From a virus (Duplodnaviria > Heunggongvirae > Uroviricota > Caudoviricetes), in IMG/VR virus record IMGVR_UViG_3300008111_001118: DNA of 64,000 nt; one strand, written 5' to 3'. Below, one piece after another: positions 48,510 through 57,580 of the stretch. The notes beneath the pieces were generated by a model. That model was not told where the DNA came from and searched no databases. It was given only the letters and a program-made list of their open reading frames with translations. Numbering within the stretch: position 1 is the stretch's first letter; each line of letters begins with the position of its first letter. The translations under genes were made by a program, and so were the position numbers.

Positions 48510-49496
48510 TTATTCCTTGGTGTATCTAGCGTTTAATGGCTCTGCATAGAGTGTGGCCTGATCTGCAATTTTTTGCATGTTCCATTTAGCACAAAACTTC
48601 ATAAGTTTCATACCGACTTGACCGATGTCCTTGGGTTCAACACTATGAATACTAGTGTTTATAACTTCTCTAATATGTGTTGGCTGTGCCGATAGATCAC
48701 AAAGTATAACGTTACGTTGATAGTCATCGATAACACGGTGTTCGACACCGTTGTGATCTACCCAACGCTGCAACATAAGATTATTCCAAGCAAAGCCTTT
48801 GCTTTTTTTATCAGCAAATGCTTCGGTAAGGCCTACTTTGTTTTTTGTACCTTTGACACGTACACCGGGATATGCGGAGAATACGTTGTCGCTGGTGTCG
48901 CCGCGCATACACTTTTCAAACAGCATCCATTCTGGGTCGGATGCAGTTTTAACAATGCCAGTCTTTTTATCTTTAATTGGCTTACCTTTGTCGTCAAAAA
49001 AGCCTTCGTGCGTGATAATCATATTTTGAACGCCATTGTACTGTTTCACTTTAGGTGAAATCAACTGTGCAAAGTCGCCATCTGTACTAATAATCACGTG
49101 ACTGTCATTGGGATGATTTTGGATCCATCCAGCAATAAGGTCGTCTGCTTCAAGCACAGGATTCTGAAGTACAGTACAGTTGGTTTTATTAGTAACAAAG
49201 TCTTTAAACTCGTCAAAGATTTCCCAAAACACTTTGTCTTCTTCTGCTTCTCTCGGACTCATAGCATTACGAGTTTCTTGACGATTACGCTTGTATGGCT
49301 GATAAAAGTCTTTGCGCCAACTACGACCTTCAAGACAAAAGACAACGTGGTCGGCTTTAAAGTCTGTCCACGCTTTCTTAATGCTGTTAAATGTAATGTG
49401 TAGAGCCATGCCTACTTTTGTATCGATGTCGCCACGAACAACGTGTCGGGCACGAAAAAAAGTGTTAGCAGTGTCTACAAGAATGTAAGTTGTCAT
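48510..49496 (-). CDS. rnh: 5'-3' exonuclease / T4 RNase H-like flap nuclease
   Basis: YILVD, EADD, STDGDFAQL, RGDTSDN. Confidence 0.85.
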   Translation of the reverse strand: MTTYILVDTANTFFRARHVVRGDIDTKVGMALHITFNSIKKAWTDFKADHVVFCLEGRSWRKDFYQPYKRNRQETRNAMSPREAEEDKVFWEIFDEFKDFVTNKTNCTVLQNPVLEADDLIAGWIQNHPNDSHVIISTDGDFAQLISPKVKQYNGVQNMIITHEGFFDDKGKPIKDKKTGIVKTASDPEWMLFEKCMRGDTSDNVFSAYPGVRVKGTKNKVGLTEAFADKKSKGFAWNNLMLQRWVDHNGVEHRVIDDYQRNVILCDLSAQPTHIREVINTSIHSVEPKDIGQVGMKLMKFCAKWNMQKIADQATLYAEPLNARYTKE

Positions 49497-49945
49497 GATA
49501 CTTCTGATTTGCCTTTTGCAATGGGTACTACATTAATATAGCCGGAACCGCGCTGTGTGTCAAGTCCTTCTGCATTCAACATTTGAAAAACAATGTCTCT
49601 AAACCAACGATCTACAATTTCTTCTTCAGGATCTGCTTCTGTACCATACCCATACAACATTAATTCTTTAATAAAGTATTCATTCCAGTCTAGTTCAAAA
49701 AACCCGTTGCGAATATTTTCTGGATTGATCTTGGTTTCAAGAACAGAAACGTAAGGCTCTTCTTTGCGAGTTGCACGATCTTTAGGAGAAAGACGTGCTA
49801 ATTCTGCTTCTTCTTCGGCTTTTATTCTTTCAACTGTAAGTCGTTGTAATTCTTCTTCTTCTTTTATTCGTTTTGTTTCTGCTTCGATAGCAGCGGCTTC
49901 AATGGCTGCAACACCTGTTATTTTTTTGAGCCAATTTTTTACCAT
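49493..49945 (-). CDS. Hypothetical protein
   Basis: N-terminal coiled coil; FFELDWN. Confidence 0.6.
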   Translation of the reverse strand: MVKNWLKKITGVAAIEAAAIEAETKRIKEEEELQRLTVERIKAEEEAELARLSPKDRATRKEEPYVSVLETKINPENIRNGFFELDWNEYFIKELMLYGYGTEADPEEEIVDRWFRDIVFQMLNAEGLDTQRGSGYINVVPIAKGKSEVS

Positions 49946-50988
49946 CCGATTTTCTCCCAAGGTTGAAAGTTAAACAAATCAAATCTATCAATAATGCCTT
50001 TTGGACTTAGATCGATTTCGTTGCGAATAAAGCGTTCAATACTACGATTATGACCATTGCTGTCAATAAGAATACTAGTTGGCTGTTTAACACCGATAGC
50101 ATAACTCAATTGAATGTTACACCAATCTGCCATTTCATCTGCTACTACGTTTTTAGCAAGCCAGCGAGCCATATATGCAGCACTGCGGTCTACTTTGGTA
50201 GGATCCTTGCCACTAAACGCACCACCACCGTGGGGAGCAAATCCACCGTAGGTATCAACAATAATCTTACGTCCAGTTACACCAGCATCGCCGTCTGGTC
50301 CACCGATAACAAAATTTCCAGTAGGATTGATGTGCCAAACAGTGCGTTCATCAATTAAATCTCCCAATACCTGTTTTACTGCATCACGAATTGGTGCCTT
50401 AACACTGTGATTAAACCCATCACGGTGCTGTTGACTAACAACAATTTGATCGATACGTTTAATGATACCTTCGCGCCTAGCACCATTATACTCAACACTT
50501 ACTTGTGATTTAGCATCGGGCAACAAGAAATTATAGCCATCTAGTCGCATTGCTTTTAGTTTTTTCAAAATTTCATGACTGTAATGAATAGGTGCTGGCA
50601 TCATGCTAGGTGTATGATTACAAGCATAACCAAACATAATGCCTTGATCACCGGCACCAAAATCGTCTGTGCCTAGAGCAATATCAGCACTTTGACTATG
50701 GATTTCATTGTAGATCTTTAGTCGATCCCAATGAAACCCATCTTGTTCATAGCCAATCTCTCGAACCTTATTGCGTACAATTTCGTTGACTTCGTCTTTG
50801 TTTAGATTAAAGTTCTTTACTTCGCCCGCCAACGTAACATGGTTGGTAGTTACAAGTGTTTCGACTGCAACACGAGTAGTAGTGTCACCTGCCTTTAACC
50901 CAGCATCAACGAGTGCGTCTGAGATTTGGTCTGCAACCTTATCCGGGTGTCCGTCGCTAACACTTTCGCTAGTAAAAATATAGTTCAT
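49939..50988 (-). CDS. metK: S-adenosylmethionine synthetase lacking the C-terminal YGHFG motif
   Basis: FTSESVSDGHPDK, GAGDQG, GGGAFSGKDPTKVDRSAAY. Ends FNFQPWEKIGW. Confidence 0.92.
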   Translation of the reverse strand: MNYIFTSESVSDGHPDKVADQISDALVDAGLKAGDTTTRVAVETLVTTNHVTLAGEVKNFNLNKDEVNEIVRNKVREIGYEQDGFHWDRLKIYNEIHSQSADIALGTDDFGAGDQGIMFGYACNHTPSMMPAPIHYSHEILKKLKAMRLDGYNFLLPDAKSQVSVEYNGARREGIIKRIDQIVVSQQHRDGFNHSVKAPIRDAVKQVLGDLIDERTVWHINPTGNFVIGGPDGDAGVTGRKIIVDTYGGFAPHGGGAFSGKDPTKVDRSAAYMARWLAKNVVADEMADWCNIQLSYAIGVKQPTSILIDSNGHNRSIERFIRNEIDLSPKGIIDRFDLFNFQPWEKIGW

Positions 50989-51782
50989 AAATCTTTCCTT
51001 AAATTATTAAATTGTTCTTCAAGCCGCGCAATCTCTTGAACGGTGAGGTTATAACCTTCTGTACGTCCGCCAACCGGCATAAGGTACACAGGGCATTCCA
51101 CCCCCTCAGCACGATACGCTTCAACTGCTCTACCGACTTCTTCAACATCCACGTGATCAGCCACGACAAACTTAAGATAAAGTTCAGTGCCAGTGATATC
51201 GTAGTACTGACGAGCAACGCTAGGCTTAATAGCATCAGACCAAGACTCTCCCGAAACGGATAACTTTGGACTGCAACTAAACGTTGTCTTAAATCTTGCA
51301 CGAGTTCCAAGGTATTCTCTAAACTCATCATGCAACCATTGTGTAGTATTTGTTTCAAATGTAACATTTTTTAGATCCGCCATCTTTGGGTGTTCAAATA
51401 GTTCGATGTATAGTCGTTGCCATGCCAGCAGTGGCTCGCCGCCTGTCATAATAAGATGAACGTCCTGACCGTTATCCATAGTCCACTTGCCTTCGGGCAG
51501 TAAACCTAGCAAATGTTCAACAACTTCATCCACAGTTTTATCCATTACAAGGTGTCTAAATTCAGGATAGATGCTTGCATATGTATCGCAACCAGTATGC
51601 ACCAACGGCAGGTCAGTAAATGTTTTAGTAGTTTCGTGAACACCGTTAGGAGTATCACGTGGCAATCCAAAATTCATGCAGCGAAAGTTACAACCAAAGG
51701 TACGTAGGAATACACTGGGTACTCCTACAAACTTGCCTTCGCCTTGTACACTGTAAAATGCTTCACTATAACGTAATTTCAT
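50985..51782 (-). CDS. queE: 7-carboxy-7-deazaguanine synthase (radical SAM)
   Basis: YSEAFYSVQGEG, VFLRTFGCNFRC..GCDT, TGGEP, FETN, SPKL. The C-terminal PRLH motif is absent. Confidence 0.85.
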   Translation of the reverse strand: MKLRYSEAFYSVQGEGKFVGVPSVFLRTFGCNFRCMNFGLPRDTPNGVHETTKTFTDLPLVHTGCDTYASIYPEFRHLVMDKTVDEVVEHLLGLLPEGKWTMDNGQDVHLIMTGGEPLLAWQRLYIELFEHPKMADLKNVTFETNTTQWLHDEFREYLGTRARFKTTFSCSPKLSVSGESWSDAIKPSVARQYYDITGTELYLKFVVADHVDVEEVGRAVEAYRAEGVECPVYLMPVGGRTEGYNLTVQEIARLEEQFNNLRKDL

Positions 51783-52060
51783 TATCGTAGTAACTCCAGG
51801 CTCACGCACTTGCTGACATATTCAACTACATCTTTATCTTTTTCAACAATGTAAATACTTCTATCACTTCTATCAGTTTTACGATCGTACTTGTTAAATT
51901 CAAGTATTTTGCCGTTCTGTGCATTATAGATACGAAAGTTAAGAATTGGTTCGTCGTCGACCCTGTTTTCAACTGATACTGCTATAAGTCCCTTTTCGCC
52001 CCTAGCAGATTCCCAATCTTCTCTAACCCATTTAATAACTAATTTTTTCAAAAAATTCAT
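51782..52060 (-). CDS. Hypothetical protein
   Basis: 92-aa ORF coupled to neighbours. Confidence 0.55.
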   Translation of the reverse strand: MNFLKKLVIKWVREDWESARGEKGLIAVSVENRVDDEPILNFRIYNAQNGKILEFNKYDRKTDRSDRSIYIVEKDKDVVEYVSKCVSLELLR

Positions 52061-52618
52061 CTTGGTGCAAATCCCTGTTGTAGTTTAATGTTGTCGAAGA
52101 ACTCTTTCTTAACACCGCTGTCTGATTTAAACACACCTTCGAGGACAGTTGTTTGTGTAAGACTGCTATGTGCCATAATGCCGCGATTTTCACAACATCC
52201 ATGAGTTGCTTGTATATACACAGCAACGTCTTTTGATCCAGTTGCTTTGCTAATTTCACGTGCAATATCCATTGCAAGTTCTTCCTGCAATGTTCCGCGT
52301 CTTGCACACCACTGTGCAATCCGAGTATAGTTCGTTTGTATGATTAGGAAATGCTGTAGCATTTGGCATCGGGTAGTATCTGCCTTGCATAAGTTCTTTA
52401 ACATACATTTTTGCAAGACGTCTGCCAGTATCCATGCTGTTAGGATCATTTTTGCGGTCAATTACTAGACTATCTAGTACGTCTTCGAACTTTTCAGTTA
52501 GTTCGTTGATCAGTTCGTCGAGTTCGCCTTCTTTGATGAATTGCGAAATATTATCGCCAGCCCAATATCTTGCACCTGCTTCGTCGATGCGTTGTTTAAT
52601 TTTTTTACTAGTTTTCAT
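52057..52618 (-). pseudogene. folE: GTP cyclohydrolase I broken by deletion plus frameshift at about 52330
   Basis: The N-part has DTGRRLAKMY..AFPN. The C-part has YTRIAQWCARR..LQEE..HGCCENRG..TQTT. The S.CSHH / GLSK zinc-ligand block is missing. Confidence 0.85.
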
Positions 52619-52657
52619 TTCTTCTCCGAGTTATAGAGGGGGTTCTCTATTAATGTA

Positions 52658-52686
52658 AGTATATGTTTTATTTAGATTTTTGTCAA
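52658..52686 (-). promoter_or_regulatory. Sigma70-type promoter for folE
   Basis: TTGACA, 17 nt, TATACT; a TAAATA box lies inside the spacer. Confidence 0.7.
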
Positions 52687-52899
52687 TCATTCTTTGAAAT
52701 ATTTGTTAATTATTTCAAGATGATCTTCGTACTCGGCCATGTGAGCAAGTTCTTTTTCGATAGCATCCATAATATCACTATGCTCGCCCACACCAACTGG
52801 ATTGCGTAGATAAACTTCTACGTTTATGCGATGCTTTTCTATATGTGCTTTAGCATGAGCCTTAACACTTTTAATCATTTCACTTCTTAGATCGGTCAC
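52687..52899 (-). CDS. Small hypothetical phage protein
   Basis: GTG start after AAAGGAG; NPVGVGEH motif. Confidence 0.55.
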   Translation of the reverse strand: MTDLRSEMIKSVKAHAKAHIEKHRINVEVYLRNPVGVGEHSDIMDAIEKELAHMAEYEDHLEIINKYFKE

Positions 52900-53471
52900 T
52901 TTGTATTCTCCTTTTTCAACCAACTGTCTCTTTCCCAAGGGTAAACAAGCCATTCGTTCTTTTCACGCTTGTCAACTTCGTGCCACCAGTAATCAGGTTG
53001 GAAACTACTACCCCAATTTTGTGTCATTGTAGCAAAGCGAACGTTTTCGTGCCAGACACTATTCCACATATCACGTTCGTTGGGAAAACAAGTGCTTTCC
53101 CAATCTTTTTTAATCCAATTAAAAGTGTTGCCTGTATCGTTGATATCATCAACAACAAGAATATTGTGGCGACGATTGATATCCCAACGGCTTTTAGTTA
53201 CTGCTCTTTGTTCCTCGAGAACATACCCAACTGCCATTTCAGGAAGCCAAAGATTACTCTCTGTATCTTCGTCGGGCATACCGTCACGCAATTGTACTTT
53301 AACTGTATGCATAGGAATGCCAATGCGGTGACTTAAAATCAATGCAAGTGGTAATCCACCACGAGTTAACCCAACAACGCATTGCGGCAACCACGGATCT
53401 TTCATCATACAAAGCATGATGCAGTCTGCCGCAGTTTCAAGATCTTGCCAGGTGTAATATGTTTTATCCAT
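52896..53471 (-). CDS. Type I phosphoribosyltransferase (purine PRT-like)
   Basis: VVGLTRGGL, PRPP loop ILVVDDINDTGNT, WLVYPWE. Confidence 0.85.
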   Translation of the reverse strand: MDKTYYTWQDLETAADCIMLCMMKDPWLPQCVVGLTRGGLPLALILSHRIGIPMHTVKVQLRDGMPDEDTESNLWLPEMAVGYVLEEQRAVTKSRWDINRRHNILVVDDINDTGNTFNWIKKDWESTCFPNERDMWNSVWHENVRFATMTQNWGSSFQPDYWWHEVDKREKNEWLVYPWERDSWLKKENTK

Positions 53472-53802
53472 GTTGAACTAATGCCTTTATTGTTTCATAA
53501 TTGTCTTTAGCAGTTTGCAATGCTGGATATTTTTTGCACAGTTCTGCTTCTTGTTGTTCATGTAACATCTTTTTTTCTGCCCACCTCATAACTTCCTCAG
53601 CACGTGGCGAAAAAGACAGGGTATGAGAATTTCCTGTGTATATTGTCCATCTTTTGTTATAACTGTCGTAGATTTCAAAATGATCACCCCGATATCTTAC
53701 CATACCGTTTGATGGATCATTGTCGTTGTCGACAATGTAAGGCGATTGATTTTGAGTTGTTCCGTATAGATAAGAATCGCCCGAATATATATTGTTAATC
53801 AT
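53464..53802 (-). CDS. Hypothetical protein (C-terminal KYPAL family)
   Basis: C-terminus KKYPALQTAKDNYETIKALV. Confidence 0.55.
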   Translation of the reverse strand: MINNIYSGDSYLYGTTQNQSPYIVDNDNDPSNGMVRYRGDHFEIYDSYNKRWTIYTGNSHTLSFSPRAEEVMRWAEKKMLHEQQEAELCKKYPALQTAKDNYETIKALVQHG

Positions 53803-53984
53803 TTTGGATTTTTCTTTGCGTCTTTTTCTGCTCGAGTGAGTTTGTTATTCCAAGTATTGTTACTAATACCTAATTCATTTGCCATGGGTTTGGTTTTGCC
53901 TTTAGTAATCTTACCACCTTTATTAAGAAACTCGTCGATCATAGATTGTTCGGTTGTTTTCTTAGGTTCAGGACCCATTGCCAT
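53799..53984 (-). CDS. Small hypothetical protein
   Basis: 61 aa, IDEFLNKGGKITKG. Confidence 0.5.
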   Translation of the reverse strand: MAMGPEPKKTTEQSMIDEFLNKGGKITKGKTKPMANELGISNNTWNNKLTRAEKDAKKNPK

Positions 53985-54571
53985 TATTTAGATTCCTTTA
54001 AGGTGTCAAATGTTTTATACTTTGCTAATGCTGCTTCGTATTGGTCTTTTAATTCTTTTAGTTTAGGGTACTTGGCTTCCATATCCACATCACGCTTTAA
54101 TAATAACAGAACATCACGCATTTCGTCAAGTTCTTTCATAACGTCTCTGCCGTTTACAATAAGTGGAACGTCAACACGCATACTACCATTAATACCGCCG
54201 TCGATGGTAATAGCACTACTAGATAAATTTGATGTTGTGATAGTAGGCGAATTAATATAACCGCTGCTTGTAAAAACTGATCCCGGCGGCGGAAATTGAC
54301 CTGTATATGATTTTCCAGAATCCCACATCGGATTTCCAGAAGTTACAGAAGAACTTAATGTATAACCTGTATCTGTACTTGTATATGTGCTCATACTTTT
54401 AATCCGATCACTGTTTTGCTCGTATTTCTTTTTTGCTTCGTTTTGTATATCACGAATTTCTTGATAGATATCTTTGCTAGGAGTATAATCAGAAAGGAGG
54501 GTCGTTTCTTTCGTTTTGCTTTCCGTTCCAGTCTTGGTTAACCAATTTGTAAATTGTTTTAAAATTTTCAT
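53984..54571 (-). CDS. Hypothetical protein (Ser/Thr-rich, KYP.L family); start uncertain
   Basis: C-terminus AKYPKLKELKDQYEAAL. The track start overlaps the upstream gene by 83 nt. Confidence 0.5.
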   Translation of the reverse strand: MKILKQFTNWLTKTGTESKTKETTLLSDYTPSKDIYQEIRDIQNEAKKKYEQNSDRIKSMSTYTSTDTGYTLSSSVTSGNPMWDSGKSYTGQFPPPGSVFTSSGYINSPTITTSNLSSSAITIDGGINGSMRVDVPLIVNGRDVMKELDEMRDVLLLLKRDVDMEAKYPKLKELKDQYEAALAKYKTFDTLKESK

Positions 54572-54845
54572 ATGCTTTCTCTAATGCCGGATATTCTTTA
54601 CACATTTCGCTAACCATTGCAAAATCTGGATAACTGTTTTCCCATTCAACAGCCCTCCAGCCCTCGTCAATTGATTCGTCAATTGCATCCCACGTAGTTC
54701 CGTTATGTATGTATAATTTGTTGTCCATTGTGTTTAATTGAATATTGCCAATTTGGCTGTGGCTTATAGTAGACACATCGATTGTAAGATTATTTTCAAT
54801 TAAACTTGATATATCAAGAGTAAAGTTATTTTCGTCGTTATCCAT
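54489..54845 (-). CDS. Hypothetical protein (KYPAL family)
   Basis: C-terminus KEYPALEKAYENFKTIYKLV. Confidence 0.55.
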   Translation of the reverse strand: MDNDENNFTLDISSLIENNLTIDVSTISHSQIGNIQLNTMDNKLYIHNGTTWDAIDESIDEGWRAVEWENSYPDFAMVSEMCKEYPALEKAYENFKTIYKLVNQDWNGKQNERNDPPF

Positions 54846-55704
54846 TTTTACCTACCTCGAGTTTATATTGATCCAAACACATGTCTTCGATGCTTTTAGT
54901 AAGTGTAACAAAGTTACTTAAATTGTCAACAACACTACTTACAGCATCACCTGCTCTACGTGGTGCTATTGTTCTATTTAATTGCTTGCCGGTTACACGT
55001 TCCATAGTATCCAATACTTCTAGTACACTGTAACCTTGATTGCTGCCTAAACATTCGTATGGAGTATTTTGTGGTCCTGCTTCTACTGCTTTTACAATGG
55101 CACTAGCAAGATCAACAACATGAATATAATCGCGAATGCAAGTACCGTCCCTAGTATCATAGTCTGTGCCAAAGATTTTAATTTCGGGCGTTTTTCCAGC
55201 AGCCACCATAGCAGCAACACGAATAAGATGAGTGGCAGCACCCAATTGACGATTAATGCCGTCAGTACCAGATACATTAAAAAATCTAAAGATTGTGTAT
55301 CCATCGGCCTTCTCCTTTATTACATCTTCTGCTGCTACTTTACTTCTAGCATACGGACTTGCCATTTCCCAAGCACTACTGGTACTTGCAAACAGCATAT
55401 GACCAGTTTCAACTCTATCCAGCATGTTTGCAGTACCCATTATATTTACTCGATAGTATTCGGTGGGTTCTCGTAAACTATCAGGTACTACACTTCTGCC
55501 AGCAAGATGTACGACAGCGTCATAACTGCCGTACACCCACTTTGTAATATCGTATGAAGTGTAGTTGTCACAGTAAGCAAGAATATCATTGTATTCGCTG
55601 TGGATATTAATATCCCAAGCATCTACATAATGTCCGTGTTCTTTTAGAATTTTACAAACATGACTACCGATGTATCCGGTTGCGCCTGTGACCAATACTT
55701 TCAA
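54838..55704 (-). CDS. galE: NDP-sugar epimerase (UDP-glucose 4-epimerase-like)
   Basis: LVTGATGYIGS, HLAG, YARSK, RFFNVSG, GTCIRDYIHV, RRAGD. Confidence 0.85.
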   Translation of the reverse strand: MKVLVTGATGYIGSHVCKILKEHGHYVDAWDINIHSEYNDILAYCDNYTSYDITKWVYGSYDAVVHLAGRSVVPDSLREPTEYYRVNIMGTANMLDRVETGHMLFASTSSAWEMASPYARSKVAAEDVIKEKADGYTIFRFFNVSGTDGINRQLGAATHLIRVAAMVAAGKTPEIKIFGTDYDTRDGTCIRDYIHVVDLASAIVKAVEAGPQNTPYECLGSNQGYSVLEVLDTMERVTGKQLNRTIAPRRAGDAVSSVVDNLSNFVTLTKSIEDMCLDQYKLEVGKNG

Positions 55705-56867
55705 TACTTCTTCTCCGCTACATGGTCTCTATAACGATTGCTGTCTCTACGCCACTGTTCGCCGTTGCCTTGCATGATGTCAATGTAACGATCAACAGTA
55801 GCATCGGTCCAGTCGCTAATTTTACCAATGTCTTTGTGAGGACCCTTCAGTAAATTTGACAACTTATGAACAGCATCTTCCTTGCTCCACGGAACATACA
55901 TTCTCGTATGATCATTTGCAAAGATCTCAGGGAAACTGCGATATGCAGGAAATAGAACGTTGCAACCCAATGCATCTGCTTCACTAACAGTGTTACTGGT
56001 CCAATCTTGTAACGCACAGTTAAACAACACACGACTATTGTTTAGAATATCGTAGTATTCGTTCTTTTTAAGATTTTCATAAATCTTTAGTTTGCCTGCT
56101 GATTCTAATGCTCTTGCACGTTCGATATAGCGAGGATTGTTTGAACGTAACGGGCCACCTTGTAAAATAGCAAATTCTGTGTCGTCTGCATGATTATAAT
56201 TTTCAATCAGATCCATAAAAAAGTCGGGTTGTTTTTCTTGATCCCAACGTGCAGCAAATACAACACGATTAGGTCTTTGATAAAACGGAGTAATAGTATC
56301 GACTCTGCTTTGTACTTCTGCTTTGCCAAATGCAAGTCCGCTAACGTTATAAAGTGGCGCACGCCAATTAGCAATTTTCATATGAGCAACCATTTCTTCG
56401 TTACTAGCAAGAACACCAGTAACAAATTCGTTGGTCATTTCTTCGTACAAACTCATCCAACGGCTCATACCCCAAACGTGTACAAAGTCGTCAGGATCAA
56501 CTGCTTGTGCTAGACAACGTACCCAAACCTTTGGACGTTGTTCTGCAGGAATCTGATCCATAATGTACGGAAGCGATTCGATACCGGGTTGAAACATGTC
56601 TTCAAAGAAAACTGCGTCTTCACCAGTTACTTCACCATTACGCATCATCTGTACTAGATTCATCATCTGACTCATACTGAAATATGAACGTCCGTGTGCA
56701 TCTAGAACTTGACCTACTTGGATAGACTTAGTGTTATCAATGGTGACACCGGGCACCGAGATATACTCAATGCCACGGCGTTCAAACACTGTACGGCTCC
56801 AGTCTTCTAACTGAAGTGTGTATCTACCCTCATAGGGCTCTAGCCCCATGTAGAATAGTTTACGCAT
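55701..56867 (-). CDS. GT-B fold glycosyltransferase
   Basis: VVFAARWDQEKQP, QDWTSNTVSEA..GCNVLFP..SFPE (GT4-like C-domain). Confidence 0.7.
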   Translation of the reverse strand: MRKLFYMGLEPYEGRYTLQLEDWSRTVFERRGIEYISVPGVTIDNTKSIQVGQVLDAHGRSYFSMSQMMNLVQMMRNGEVTGEDAVFFEDMFQPGIESLPYIMDQIPAEQRPKVWVRCLAQAVDPDDFVHVWGMSRWMSLYEEMTNEFVTGVLASNEEMVAHMKIANWRAPLYNVSGLAFGKAEVQSRVDTITPFYQRPNRVVFAARWDQEKQPDFFMDLIENYNHADDTEFAILQGGPLRSNNPRYIERARALESAGKLKIYENLKKNEYYDILNNSRVLFNCALQDWTSNTVSEADALGCNVLFPAYRSFPEIFANDHTRMYVPWSKEDAVHKLSNLLKGPHKDIGKISDWTDATVDRYIDIMQGNGEQWRRDSNRYRDHVAEKKY

Positions 56868-57078
56868 TTCTTACCTTCTTATAGTTGTTACGTGCTTTTG
56901 CTCGTTGCCAACCACGCCACTTTACAAAAGCAGTCCATACACGAGACTTTTCGTTGTATAGATTTGCTTCATTCCATTCCCAGAAATCGCCTTTGTAATC
57001 GAGTTCAGTGCGACAAAAATCGCGGAACTCTTCGAGGTCGTTGAAGACTTTATTTACTACCGGATTGGTAATAGCCAT
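56860..57078 (-). CDS. Small hypothetical protein
   Basis: 72-aa ORF coupled to the GT gene. Confidence 0.55.
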   Translation of the reverse strand: MAITNPVVNKVFNDLEEFRDFCRTELDYKGDFWEWNEANLYNEKSRVWTAFVKWRGWQRAKARNNYKKVRNA

Positions 57079-57083
57079 TTAGT

Positions 57084-57551
57084 TTAGTTTCCTTTGTTTG
57101 AGTTGTTAGGATAAAAGATTAGTGAGCCATTTTCTCCATCTTCGGAGACTTCGATTTCTACAAAGCGGCCCGGGTACCTTGCAGAAATTTCTTGATACAA
57201 GTCGTCGCTGATCATTTCGCAACTCTTGTGATTTAGTTCTAAAATATCTTCATTGTAAAGTTTTTCAAGCCAGCGTTTGAACTGGATGAATTCGATGTCT
57301 CTATCATCGTGAAACACTTCAATACGAACTTTAAAGTGGAAGATATGACGATGAGGAACACCTAGGAAACTCACATCGTCCCAGTCGCCAGTTTTAAGAC
57401 GGGGGTCTGTTGCAGCGGCAGGATAAAGATGCACGCCTTCTTTACGAAAGGTTACCCAAATACTTTTAGATGCTGATGTCATACGTTGTTCTTTTTCTTT
57501 TCTTAGGAAATAGTTGTGCAATGCTTCTTGCGTTTCGTTGTCTGTGTTCAT
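57084..57551 (-). CDS. dpdL: QueD-like T-fold protein with LxxxHRHxF motif (DpdL-type)
   Basis: FLGVPHRHIFHF and KSCEMI; lacks the canonical QueD CxxxHGH. Confidence 0.6.
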   Translation of the reverse strand: MNTDNETQEALHNYFLRKEKEQRMTSASKSIWVTFRKEGVHLYPAAATDPRLKTGDWDDVSFLGVPHRHIFHFKVRIEVFHDDRDIEFIQFKRWLEKLYNEDILELNHKSCEMISDDLYQEISARYPGRFVEIEVSEDGENGSLIFYPNNSNKGN

Positions 57552-57580
57552 AATATATAACTACTTTTATTTGTTGTCAA
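57552..57580 (-). promoter_or_regulatory. Sigma70-type promoter
   Basis: TTGACA, 17 nt, TATATT. Confidence 0.5.

Noticed and set aside
28076-52618. Programmed ribosomal frameshifting at the four split genes
   Set aside because: A frameshift alone cannot supply the conserved residues missing at each junction, and no common slippery sequence was seen.
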